64,000 nt of DNA from a virus. A program made the position numbers and the translations under genes. Below the pieces are notes generated by a model that worked only from the letters and a program-made list of their open reading frames with translations, was not told where the DNA came from and did no database searches. Shown here piece by piece: positions 47,258 through 56,168 of this stretch; the first letter of the stretch is position 1; every line of letters begins with the position of its first letter. The stretch lies in IMG/VR virus record IMGVR_UViG_3300035696_001556, positions 32,001-96,000 of that record; one strand, written 5' to 3'.

Positions 47258-48742
47258 ATGCCATTGGACTACATGGATAGTCGATTAGTTGCTCCAATAA
47301 AAAAGCGTCTCTTTGACGAAATCCAAAATTCAATAGAAAAACACGCTAATTATAGGGACAAAGTCAAGGTTTTTCATAAGTTCCCCTACAAGGAACGACC
47401 GATGATGGGCGTAGTTGTAAAGAATGCTTCCTCTGCTACGCGTATGAGATTAAGCGCTGACGATTATGCGGCTCAGATGAGTAGCCTTCTAGCTCTAGCA
47501 GGTGCAGAAGGTAAAGACAGCCGTGTTCTAAAATTCGTTTGGGAGGATCAGAACAATGTAACAAAATTTCAAAGGGATGAAGACTTATCTTCTCAAATTA
47601 CCGGAGACCCAGCATATCCAACTATAGGCACAAACAGAGTGTTTACAGTAAATCATAAACCTATAGTAGCTGGTCCTTTCAATACCAAGTTCGCTGATAA
47701 TTTTGCACAGGTTACTTTAAAGTTGAATGGAGAAACTACTTTTGCAGAATATGTAAACGGAGAAAAAGGTATTGTGGTTCTGCCTCTAGCTCCTCCAGTA
47801 GGCTCCAAGTTACATATTTCATATAATTACGGTAATATGACACCACCAGGAAGGTACTATATAGAGGTACTAACTCCGGATCCAGCTCATCCAGATCAAG
47901 GCACACAGTTCGTAATAGATCCTATATATATAGTGGAACACGAGGAACTAATAGCAAGAACTTCTGGGACTGAGACATCTGCTCAGACAGCCAATAAAAA
48001 CCTATTGGCACGCTTTGATGTTCTCTATACCTTGAAGAATAAATTTGCAACTAAGATTTATTTAGAGAGAGGCATTGATTATACCATAACAAGCGCTGGA
48101 GCAATAACTTTCTTGAAGCCTCTTATAACGAATACAAGCCTTTTTATAGATTACAGATGGGTTGGTCCCGAGTTGGGGCCTTTTAATCTCCCAGATGGAG
48201 ATTATGAGTACAATAATTTGGCCTTACCTGGTGTGATTCTAGCTTTTGGAAGTGAAAGGATTCTGGGAGATAAGAACGTCGTTATTGTGTATCCCCAAAG
48301 GGAGCCAGCGGCCAAGGTTTACAGCGGTCACTGGAACATGAACATAGAGATAGAAGTGATTTCAAGAGATACACAGCAGTTACCTGAGCTTGCAGATTAC
48401 ATCATAAATGACATGTGGAGTTACAAAAGACTTGCTCTAATCAATGAAGGTATAACTATGGAGTCGTTCGAGCCCACAGGAGAATCTGAAGACATCTTTG
48501 ATGAAAACACCCAAGACCAATACTACCGTACTACTCTTTCGATGGTACTTCTCAGCGAATGGAAACGGTTCGAGCCGTTCTTGACGTGGATCATGGACTT
48601 TGATGTTCATACATATAATTTCCCTCCAACTACTAAATACTACATAAACGACGAGGGAAAGATATTTGAAAAAGTTACAGCAATTAATAACGAACCCTTT
48701 GAAGTTACCTATCCGCAGATTGGAAGAGTTAGATACTACTAA
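47258..48742 (+). CDS. probable tail completion/terminator protein
   Basis: 494 aa upstream of sheath; C-terminal NIEIEVISRD...ELADYI pattern. Confidence 0.5.
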   Translation: MPLDYMDSRLVAPIKKRLFDEIQNSIEKHANYRDKVKVFHKFPYKERPMMGVVVKNASSATRMRLSADDYAAQMSSLLALAGAEGKDSRVLKFVWEDQNNVTKFQRDEDLSSQITGDPAYPTIGTNRVFTVNHKPIVAGPFNTKFADNFAQVTLKLNGETTFAEYVNGEKGIVVLPLAPPVGSKLHISYNYGNMTPPGRYYIEVLTPDPAHPDQGTQFVIDPIYIVEHEELIARTSGTETSAQTANKNLLARFDVLYTLKNKFATKIYLERGIDYTITSAGAITFLKPLITNTSLFIDYRWVGPELGPFNLPDGDYEYNNLALPGVILAFGSERILGDKNVVIVYPQREPAAKVYSGHWNMNIEIEVISRDTQQLPELADYIINDMWSYKRLALINEGITMESFEPTGESEDIFDENTQDQYYRTTLSMVLLSEWKRFEPFLTWIMDFDVHTYNFPPTTKYYINDEGKIFEKVTAINNEPFEVTYPQIGRVRYY

Positions 48743-48751
48743 GGGGGCGTT

Positions 48752-48769
48752 TGTTAATCTATTAATAAT
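48752..48769 (+). promoter_or_regulatory. putative late promoter motif
   Basis: TGTTAATCTATTAATAAT. Confidence 0.45.
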
Positions 48770-48815
48770 ATTAACTTTTAGACTATCCATATCCATATAA
48801 AAAGAGGAGGATAAC

Positions 48816-49274
48816 ATGCCACTTTATGAATATCGATGCACTTTGTGCAAAAGAGAGTTTGAAGATTTGAGTCCTTCTGACAAGAAAGATGATCCTAGGC
48901 CATGTCCGTCTTGTGGCAAGATTGATGGCATACAGAGAAAAATATCTAATTTTGGTGTCAATACCACCATTACTCCTGGAAAAGACACCATATATAGTCC
49001 TAAAGAGATCGACAAGGCAGTAGGAGATGTTTCTGCCAAAAGATGGGAAGCTTGGGATAAGTACTACGAAGACCGCAGAAAAAAGAGACGTGAAGGCAAG
49101 GATCTCAAAGAAATAATTGTAGACAAAGGTAAGGACGGCAAAGTTGCACCTTTTGAGCATCTTGGGTCACCAAAAGAGCAAGAATTTAGAAGGAATTACT
49201 CTAAAGAGTATAAAGAACAGATTATAGACAAGGGCAAAGATGGCGATGAGACCCCTGTTATAATGAAAGTGTAA
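48816..49274 (+). CDS. FmdB-family zinc-ribbon protein
   Basis: MPLYEYRCTLCKREFE...CPSCG...RKIS. Confidence 0.8.
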   Translation: MPLYEYRCTLCKREFEDLSPSDKKDDPRPCPSCGKIDGIQRKISNFGVNTTITPGKDTIYSPKEIDKAVGDVSAKRWEAWDKYYEDRRKKRREGKDLKEIIVDKGKDGKVAPFEHLGSPKEQEFRRNYSKEYKEQIIDKGKDGDETPVIMKV

Positions 49275-49297
49275 GAAACACAGAACCAGGAAGAAGT

Positions 49298-49315
49298 TAA
49301 TAAAGTATTAATATT
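49298..49315 (+). promoter_or_regulatory. putative late promoter motif for sheath gene
   Basis: TAATAAAGTATTAATATT. Confidence 0.55.
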
Positions 49316-49483
49316 TAAACACATATAAAACATCATAGCCATATAAGATCCTTAGCAAGCACAGGCTGCAATTAATAAACTCTCCAAATAAATGGGGATG
49401 AACCGATCCTTGGCCTGTATTAGATACAAGATAAAATAAACTGATAGAACATTTTTTAAGTTTCGAAATAAAGGAGAGACATA

Positions 49484-52384
49484 ATGGCTATAGGACCTTT
49501 AGAATCATTTGTATTTCCTGGCGTATTCACTCAGACCTTCTCTCAGACTGCCGGTGCATCAGCCGCAGGTAACCCTCGCTTTCCTGCCATTATAGGCGTA
49601 GGCCTAGAACAAATGAGAGTTTCAGCTTTTGAAATGATTCGCGGTTCTTCCGCAGTTGCCGATAATCTTATATTAGATGAGCCGGTTACTGACTGGATAG
49701 GTGGAACACAAGGCACTACGAATAAGTTTACTGTTCAAAATTTCCCTATAGTAACAGGTGATGGTACCGGTACGGTGGCTACGCTTCCTACCGCTGTTAT
49801 CGTTACAGTAAATGGCGATAATGTGGCTGTGAACTCTATAAACGGGCTCACAGGAGAAGTTGATCTCGTAAATGTCCCTCTCATTACAGGTATTGTCAGT
49901 GCAAACTATTACTTTAAGAGAAGGGACACATACGTTCAGAACGAAGTTCTTACTTTTCAGGCCGATGGGACTAGAACAGTTTTCAAAGTAAAAAATGCTC
50001 GTATAGTAAATGGAAATAACGGAGGGCAGTCCGCTACAGATTCAGATATCGGAACACAAGTAAAAATTCTTTATGGTCCAGCAGGTCATCAACAAGTAAT
50101 CACAGTACCAGTTATATTAGTAAAAGTAAATAATGTCGTAGCGACCGTGACATCAATTGACGGTGCCCATGGTACTTTTACTTTAAGTGCAGCTCCAGTG
50201 AATGGCGCTACGGTAATTGTTACCTATTTTACAAGTTTGTGGCAGGATACTTACGATATTCTTCCTGCAGCTGTCGTTGCAGATCTTGTACAAGTTGGTC
50301 TTAGTGCGGATACTTCCGATTATTCCATTGGAAAAGATTGTGTGCTTGCTGGCAATAACCAGATCCACTGGGGTATCTCACAAGTCCTTAGTACAGGTAT
50401 TTATACAGCCGGATCAACTCCATTGATCGATAACGTTACGACTTCTCTCACAGACACTCTTGTTTGTGGTAGGTTGTCTGCTCCAGCTCAAATACTTGTA
50501 GATACCAACGGTAATCCAATTTTAGATACTAACGGTAATGAGATAAATGCTGTTGGAAATACTAGTTTTACTCTAGCTTCACAGCCTGTAGACGGTGGCG
50601 GAACTGGTACAAAAACATCTGATCCAGACAAAATTACAGCATATGTAGGTCCAACATGGCTGGCAGCGCAGTTAGCAGGTCCAGTTACAGTAGTTGGTAT
50701 AGAAGGTCTGACGGTAACTTTAGAGACTGCCCCGACTGGTTCTACTACACCTTCTCTTAACAATTTTGTTTACATTACCTACTATGAAAACTTGATAGTG
50801 GACGATACTTGGACAATTACGAATCAAGTTCCTGGAGCCGCTGGTGTAGGTAGGTATTCCGTAGTTTCACAATTAAATGGAACAGCTTTGGATTTAAACC
50901 AAGCTCCTGGTGGAACAATAGATCCCGTGTATGTGACAGGAACCGTGCAACAAGTTAATCCACTTACAGCCATCGTAGAAACAATAACGGTTACTTTTGA
51001 TGGGGTAGAGGGATTTAATGTAACTGGCACTAAAACAGGAACTGGTCCAACAAATAAAGGATATCTGGGCCAGACTTACATAGATTCCGTAACCGGTTTC
51101 AGAGTAACTTTTAGCAACACTGGATTTACTCCTGCTTCTGGTAAGACAGTTCTTTATTGGGCAGGTTATCCAACTGATCCGACAATAAGTCAGACATGGT
51201 TCAAAGCCGCAACCACTACCACCGAAGCTATACCGGGCATTGCTCTTACAGTCTCAACCACATATGGTGGAGGTACGGATAATACAGGAGATACAGTTAT
51301 CCTTCTTACTATCAATAGAAGCGGTAACGAGCCTGCAAACGGAGATTCCTATTACGTTACTTTTGACAAAGAGAAAACTGATTTTACAACTATAGGCTAT
51401 TACACGGACATGCGCGGTGTTATTACAGATTACGGTCCTCTATCTATCACAAACAAAATTGTAGTCGGTGCAAATCTAGCTTTCATTAACGGAGCTAGAT
51501 CAGTAGCTCTCCTTCAAATTCAGAAGACTACTGGTGGAACAGATGCCCCGGCGCAGTCCTACATGGATGCTATCGACGAATTCAATAATCCTCTTCCTAA
51601 TGGTTTGAGACCTAGTTTCATTCAACCTATGACTACGGATCCTACTGTTCAGGCTTATTTGGCTACTTCTAATGCTACTCAGTCTAGCATCAAGTATCGT
51701 AACGAGAGAACCAGCGTTGTGGGATTCCCGTTCGGAACGACTCCGCAATTGGCTATACAGCAATGTCAGTCCCTTGCTACAGAGAAAATTACGGCTGTTT
51801 ACCCTGAAGCGGCAGTAATAACAATTACTGATGCTTTTGGTAACTCAGTTCAGTATCTCGTTGATGGATCTTTCCTTGCTGTTGCAGTTGCAGGCTTAGA
51901 CTGTTCACCTGCTACAGACATAGCCACACCATTAACTAACAGCAATGTTGTTGGTTTCGACAGGCTATATCGTACGCTGGACGAAGTTACTGCAGCACTT
52001 GTAGCTAACTCGGGTTGCACAGTACTGGAATATGACATACCTAATATCGTCATAAAGATGTATTTGACGACAGATTTGAGTACAGTTCTTACGAGAGATC
52101 CTCGTATCGTTGAAGTGAAGCATTATGTTCAGCAAGGTTTGAGAACTAATCTGAAGCAGTACATTGGCGTAAAGAACTTGCCGACTTATATACCTCAGAT
52201 CACAAGAACAGTGAACGCATACTTCAGCATTCTCCAGAACTCGCAATTGATAACGGCCTTCAAGGGAATCAATGTCGTACAGGATGCTAATGATCCTTCT
52301 ACGGTTGATGTAACGGCTTTCTACAGTCCAGTCTTCCCGTTGAACTGGATCATAGTGACACTTAACTTGAATCAGAGTTTATAA
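49484..52384 (+). CDS. contractile tail sheath protein
   Basis: N-terminal FPGVFT, C-terminal DGSFLAVAVAG...PLT...YSPVFPLNWIIVT; 966 aa. Confidence 0.9.
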   Translation: MAIGPLESFVFPGVFTQTFSQTAGASAAGNPRFPAIIGVGLEQMRVSAFEMIRGSSAVADNLILDEPVTDWIGGTQGTTNKFTVQNFPIVTGDGTGTVATLPTAVIVTVNGDNVAVNSINGLTGEVDLVNVPLITGIVSANYYFKRRDTYVQNEVLTFQADGTRTVFKVKNARIVNGNNGGQSATDSDIGTQVKILYGPAGHQQVITVPVILVKVNNVVATVTSIDGAHGTFTLSAAPVNGATVIVTYFTSLWQDTYDILPAAVVADLVQVGLSADTSDYSIGKDCVLAGNNQIHWGISQVLSTGIYTAGSTPLIDNVTTSLTDTLVCGRLSAPAQILVDTNGNPILDTNGNEINAVGNTSFTLASQPVDGGGTGTKTSDPDKITAYVGPTWLAAQLAGPVTVVGIEGLTVTLETAPTGSTTPSLNNFVYITYYENLIVDDTWTITNQVPGAAGVGRYSVVSQLNGTALDLNQAPGGTIDPVYVTGTVQQVNPLTAIVETITVTFDGVEGFNVTGTKTGTGPTNKGYLGQTYIDSVTGFRVTFSNTGFTPASGKTVLYWAGYPTDPTISQTWFKAATTTTEAIPGIALTVSTTYGGGTDNTGDTVILLTINRSGNEPANGDSYYVTFDKEKTDFTTIGYYTDMRGVITDYGPLSITNKIVVGANLAFINGARSVALLQIQKTTGGTDAPAQSYMDAIDEFNNPLPNGLRPSFIQPMTTDPTVQAYLATSNATQSSIKYRNERTSVVGFPFGTTPQLAIQQCQSLATEKITAVYPEAAVITITDAFGNSVQYLVDGSFLAVAVAGLDCSPATDIATPLTNSNVVGFDRLYRTLDEVTAALVANSGCTVLEYDIPNIVIKMYLTTDLSTVLTRDPRIVEVKHYVQQGLRTNLKQYIGVKNLPTYIPQITRTVNAYFSILQNSQLITAFKGINVVQDANDPSTVDVTAFYSPVFPLNWIIVTLNLNQSL

Positions 52385-52482
52385 AATAAATCCCATGTCA
52401 TTTCAGGCGTGGGACTATGAAATCGGAATCAATAACTTAATATGATCTCCTTAATTAGGGGAGACGAACCTAGGAGCTGATA

Positions 52483-53553
52483 ATGGATAAGATGGCATTA
52501 GCAGACAGATTTGAAGGCTACTCGAGCATTTTTGCTAACGATCACCCAATAGGCGTAGATCTTAAGGCCATGGCTGACACGCTTAGGAAAATGCCTGAAG
52601 AGAAATTCACTAGTATTGTAAACGCTAGCTATAAAGAAGAGAAGAAGGACAAGGACGAGAAAGACAAAGAAGCCTTTGTTATGACTCCTCCGGTTGCTCC
52701 TGGAGCTGGTGCACAGTTAGGTACAAGGCAACCAGTACTTCCTGTTCCGGGTGGGATACATTCTGCATATCCTGGCATGAAGCCGGAAAAAGGAATGATC
52801 ACGCCTCAGCTTATGGAAAGGATCAAGAATGAAGTCAAGCTCTCTCCTGAGCAGGTGAAGAAATTTGAAGCGTTGGCTCTAGGTGAAGCAGCAGAGGTAG
52901 AGGCTGGAGCTGGAATGAAGCCAACGGTAGATCCTTGGACGAAACAAGCAGCAAATCATGTCGCCCAGAATCTTCTGAGAGATGTTCTTGGTATGAATAA
53001 GACTCAGATTGAGGACACTCATCGTCATCAGACTAAGGTTCAGGACCCTGATGGTGACAAGACCCCAGAGCTCAAGCATACAAGGGAACAGGCCGCAGAC
53101 ACAGGAAGAGCTTTGACCCCAGAGCAAGTGCCGAGTGTTAAAGAAAAACTTGATTCACACATATACCCAAAATCGAAAGGTGCCATTGAAGGAGTCACAA
53201 AGAAACTAGCTACTTCGACAGAAGAGACTCCTGAGTCAACTTCTGCAGAGCCTCAGGATATTAAGAAGAAAGAAAAAGAAGAGAAGGATGCTGCAAAAAT
53301 GACACCTGAAGATACTGCAAAGAAGGTAAAGAAAATGGAAGACGAGAAGAAAAAAGAAGAGGCCAAGGCCAAGTCAAGACCAGAGGCTGAAGCAGCTCCA
53401 GCAGAGAAAGAAAAAGAGAAAGCAGGAGCAGAAGCAGAAGCCAATGTCCTTACAGCCGAAGGCATCGAATTCGAAAATGTTATGCAGGACGGTATTGATC
53501 CAAATAGTCCTGAGATTCAGAAGTTGAGTTCTTTGTTTGAAATGAAGAAATAA
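52483..53553 (+). CDS. charged hypothetical protein, possible head-internal protein
   Basis: 356 aa, KE-rich, KEA/KDA/KQA sites. Confidence 0.65.
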   Translation: MDKMALADRFEGYSSIFANDHPIGVDLKAMADTLRKMPEEKFTSIVNASYKEEKKDKDEKDKEAFVMTPPVAPGAGAQLGTRQPVLPVPGGIHSAYPGMKPEKGMITPQLMERIKNEVKLSPEQVKKFEALALGEAAEVEAGAGMKPTVDPWTKQAANHVAQNLLRDVLGMNKTQIEDTHRHQTKVQDPDGDKTPELKHTREQAADTGRALTPEQVPSVKEKLDSHIYPKSKGAIEGVTKKLATSTEETPESTSAEPQDIKKKEKEEKDAAKMTPEDTAKKVKKMEDEKKKEEAKAKSRPEAEAAPAEKEKEKAGAEAEANVLTAEGIEFENVMQDGIDPNSPEIQKLSSLFEMKK

Positions 53554-53572
53554 TTTTTAGAGGAGAATACAA

Positions 53573-54274
53573 ATGCCAGTATCAGCACAGAATACTTACA
53601 CGAATTTGCGCTATGGTGTTTCTCCTGAGACCTTATCGGTAATCAGTGCCAGGAACAGGATGTATGCCGTTCCAGCATGGGCAGGAACTACTAGCACGCC
53701 TGTACAAGTAGGCGTTGTTGCCAGTTTTAACCCATCTGAAGGGCGTACAATCGAGCCTGTAAGAGGTATAGGTTACGGTGATAGGGTAATGGAGTTAGTA
53801 CCTGGTATGACGGATCCTATGACTATGACTGTTACAAGAACAGCGCAATACCTATCTTTGATCATGCAAGTTTTTGGTTATAAAGGTGGCGTAGACGGTA
53901 TTTGCCGTTCTTTGAGACATCACAAGTATCCGTTTGATATCAGGCAGGAACTCATTATAGGAGCTCTGGCCATAGACGCAGATAACGGTAGTGTTACAGC
54001 TCCTAATTCTTCGGCTTGGGTCGTAGCTCCAACAGGCGGTGATCAATCTGTATTTCCTGATGGAAGCACACAAGCGTTGAGTGCCCTTCTTACACTTTTC
54101 GAAGCATGCTGGATGGCCGACTGGTCGGTGACATATGCTTCGGATACGGCACTTGTCCAAGAAGACGCGACCATTAACGTTACAGATATCATTGCAGCCG
54201 AGAATCTGTTTCCGAATGATACGTCTGACTTGTTCGCAGCTGGAGCTATTTCTAGTTTGGTTAAGACGGGTTAA
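53573..54274 (+). CDS. tail tube protein
   Basis: Follows sheath; VRGIGYGD..ELVPG...RSLRHHKYPFDI...FEACWM. Confidence 0.8.
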   Translation: MPVSAQNTYTNLRYGVSPETLSVISARNRMYAVPAWAGTTSTPVQVGVVASFNPSEGRTIEPVRGIGYGDRVMELVPGMTDPMTMTVTRTAQYLSLIMQVFGYKGGVDGICRSLRHHKYPFDIRQELIIGALAIDADNGSVTAPNSSAWVVAPTGGDQSVFPDGSTQALSALLTLFEACWMADWSVTYASDTALVQEDATINVTDIIAAENLFPNDTSDLFAAGAISSLVKTG

Positions 54275-54457
54275 CGGTTCCGGGAATATTCGAGAGCATC
54301 CATCCTCATTCACAATGAGGATTACATATTCATATAAGATTTTATATCTATATCTCAGTAAGATAATAACAGATAATATCCTCAATTTCCTCCTCGGAAT
54401 ATTCCTACATGTCCGTTTACCAATTTTTCATGCATATAACATCAAAAAGGGGTTCTT

Positions 54458-55069
54458 ATGTCTATCAAAGACGTCCTAGCTTCTGTTAAGAGTTCTTTTA
54501 CGTTCAAGAAGGAAGTTAAGATAGCTGGAAACAGTTATGAGCTTTCTGTCCTCAGCATGGAACAGGAAAAGAAAGTCAACGGTTATCTTGACGGCCTGAA
54601 CCAGGAAGACAGTGTCAATTATCTCAATGAACTTAGAAAGTCTTTGCTCTCTGAATCAATAACAGCCATAAACGGAACGACCGTTGATAAGGTTGTTAGT
54701 GATGTCGATATAGAAGGCAAAGAAATAAAAAAAGACAAGGCCATCTTTCTTAAGGAGTTCTTAAGTGATCTTCCTTCCATAGTGATAGCGCAGCTTTTTG
54801 ACGCCTATGTAGATGTCAAAGAGCAGCAAGAGGATATGCTTAAAAAGGAAATGAAGTACGACTGGTTTAAGACTCCGGCTCAGAGGGAAAAGGAACTCGA
54901 GGAAGAAACTAAGAAACAAGAGGAAGAGGCAAAAAAATCAGAAACGGAGACGAAAAAACCAGAGACGGAAGCAGGCAAAGAGCCAGAAGATGTAAAGCTT
55001 ACAAAAGTCACCGAAGTTAAAGAAGAAGAAGCTCCAGAAGTTCCAAAAGTTTCAAAAGCCACAAGATAA
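54458..55069 (+). CDS. probable tail assembly chaperone
   Basis: Between tube and tape measure; acidic; LSESITAING. Confidence 0.6.
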   Translation: MSIKDVLASVKSSFTFKKEVKIAGNSYELSVLSMEQEKKVNGYLDGLNQEDSVNYLNELRKSLLSESITAINGTTVDKVVSDVDIEGKEIKKDKAIFLKEFLSDLPSIVIAQLFDAYVDVKEQQEDMLKKEMKYDWFKTPAQREKELEEETKKQEEEAKKSETETKKPETEAGKEPEDVKLTKVTEVKEEEAPEVPKVSKATR

Positions 55070-55070
55070 A

Positions 55071-56165
55071 ATGAGAGTGGAAAAAGCTTATAGGAATATT
55101 GAAGCTATTATAACGTTCGGCTTTTTGCATAAAGGTCTGCGTTATAAGAACAATATTATTATCTTAAAAACCATAACGGACAAAGAATATCAATTAATAC
55201 CTTTTTATACTACTTATGAGAATCTGGATTCTGTCCTTTATAGGTTGGCTTTTTCTACCTTCATGATTAATGGATACAATTTCTTGGTTGATCGAAATGA
55301 GACTATACCGGAATTGTTTTCATTCTATAACGAACTGTCCACGGTTAGTTTAAACAAGATCATGGATGCCTCCAATAAAGTTTATAACGAGTATATAGAA
55401 TCGTTGGAGTTTTTGGAGGGATTTTGTTATACGGACAGATCTAGAGCTTTGTGGAAGATACTGAGTGGAAAAGATGTTACCACCAAGGGAAGTTATTACG
55501 GGATACAAGGGACGGAAAATCTAGGTTTAAACAGCGCTCAAGAAAGCTGGATAGTCATAAACAGGCAGCTAGATTCAGAAGAAGACTACAATACTCAGTT
55601 TCGTTTGTCATTAATGATAGCAAGCTCGTTCAGCGGCAAAGGGGCACAGAAGATAGAGAATAGCTATGAAGCTCATTTAAAAGAGCTCGAAGAATTAAGA
55701 GCTGATATAGCTAAGTACGGTCACGACAGGAATAGATGGATTAATCAACAGAAAGAAAGAAATGGATGGGGTTACATAGCCAAAACCAGAGAAGATCTGG
55801 TGCGTGAGCTTAACAGGGAAATGTCGGGAGACAAAGATAAGCACGATGCGTATATTGAAAGCTGGATACAGAAGCAAAAAAACCAGGCAGAATTAGCAGA
55901 AAAGGAAGCTGAGAGAAAACGTAAAGAGTTTAGAAACAAACTGAATAACGATATAAACTTCTCGAAGATCGAATACTCAAGAGCAGCTACAGCCGAAGAA
56001 ATAGCAAATTTAGATAAAAAAAGAGTAATTCCAGGTACAGCAAAAGCAACAGATCCTCTGGAAAGAGGCCGTAGATCAGAGGATGTTTTAAAAAAGTTTG
56101 GTAGTACAGTAATTGGCGGCATAACAATGAAACCTGGCGATCAGAGACTTGTGAGACAAGGATAA
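55071..56165 (+). CDS. probable second tail assembly chaperone
   Basis: Position immediately before tape measure. Confidence 0.5.
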   Translation: MRVEKAYRNIEAIITFGFLHKGLRYKNNIIILKTITDKEYQLIPFYTTYENLDSVLYRLAFSTFMINGYNFLVDRNETIPELFSFYNELSTVSLNKIMDASNKVYNEYIESLEFLEGFCYTDRSRALWKILSGKDVTTKGSYYGIQGTENLGLNSAQESWIVINRQLDSEEDYNTQFRLSLMIASSFSGKGAQKIENSYEAHLKELEELRADIAKYGHDRNRWINQQKERNGWGYIAKTREDLVRELNREMSGDKDKHDAYIESWIQKQKNQAELAEKEAERKRKEFRNKLNNDINFSKIEYSRAATAEEIANLDKKRVIPGTAKATDPLERGRRSEDVLKKFGSTVIGGITMKPGDQRLVRQG

Positions 56166-56168
56166 ATT

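Noticed and set aside
53852-54479. ORFs 53852..54385 (-) and 54135..54479 (+)
   Set aside because: Both overlap the tail tube gene and lack a convincing start context; the 54275-54457 gap may hold a decayed minus-strand gene but I cannot support it.
55040-55075. Programmed frameshift between tail chaperone genes
   Set aside because: No clear slippery heptamer; the second gene has its own ATG right after the stop.
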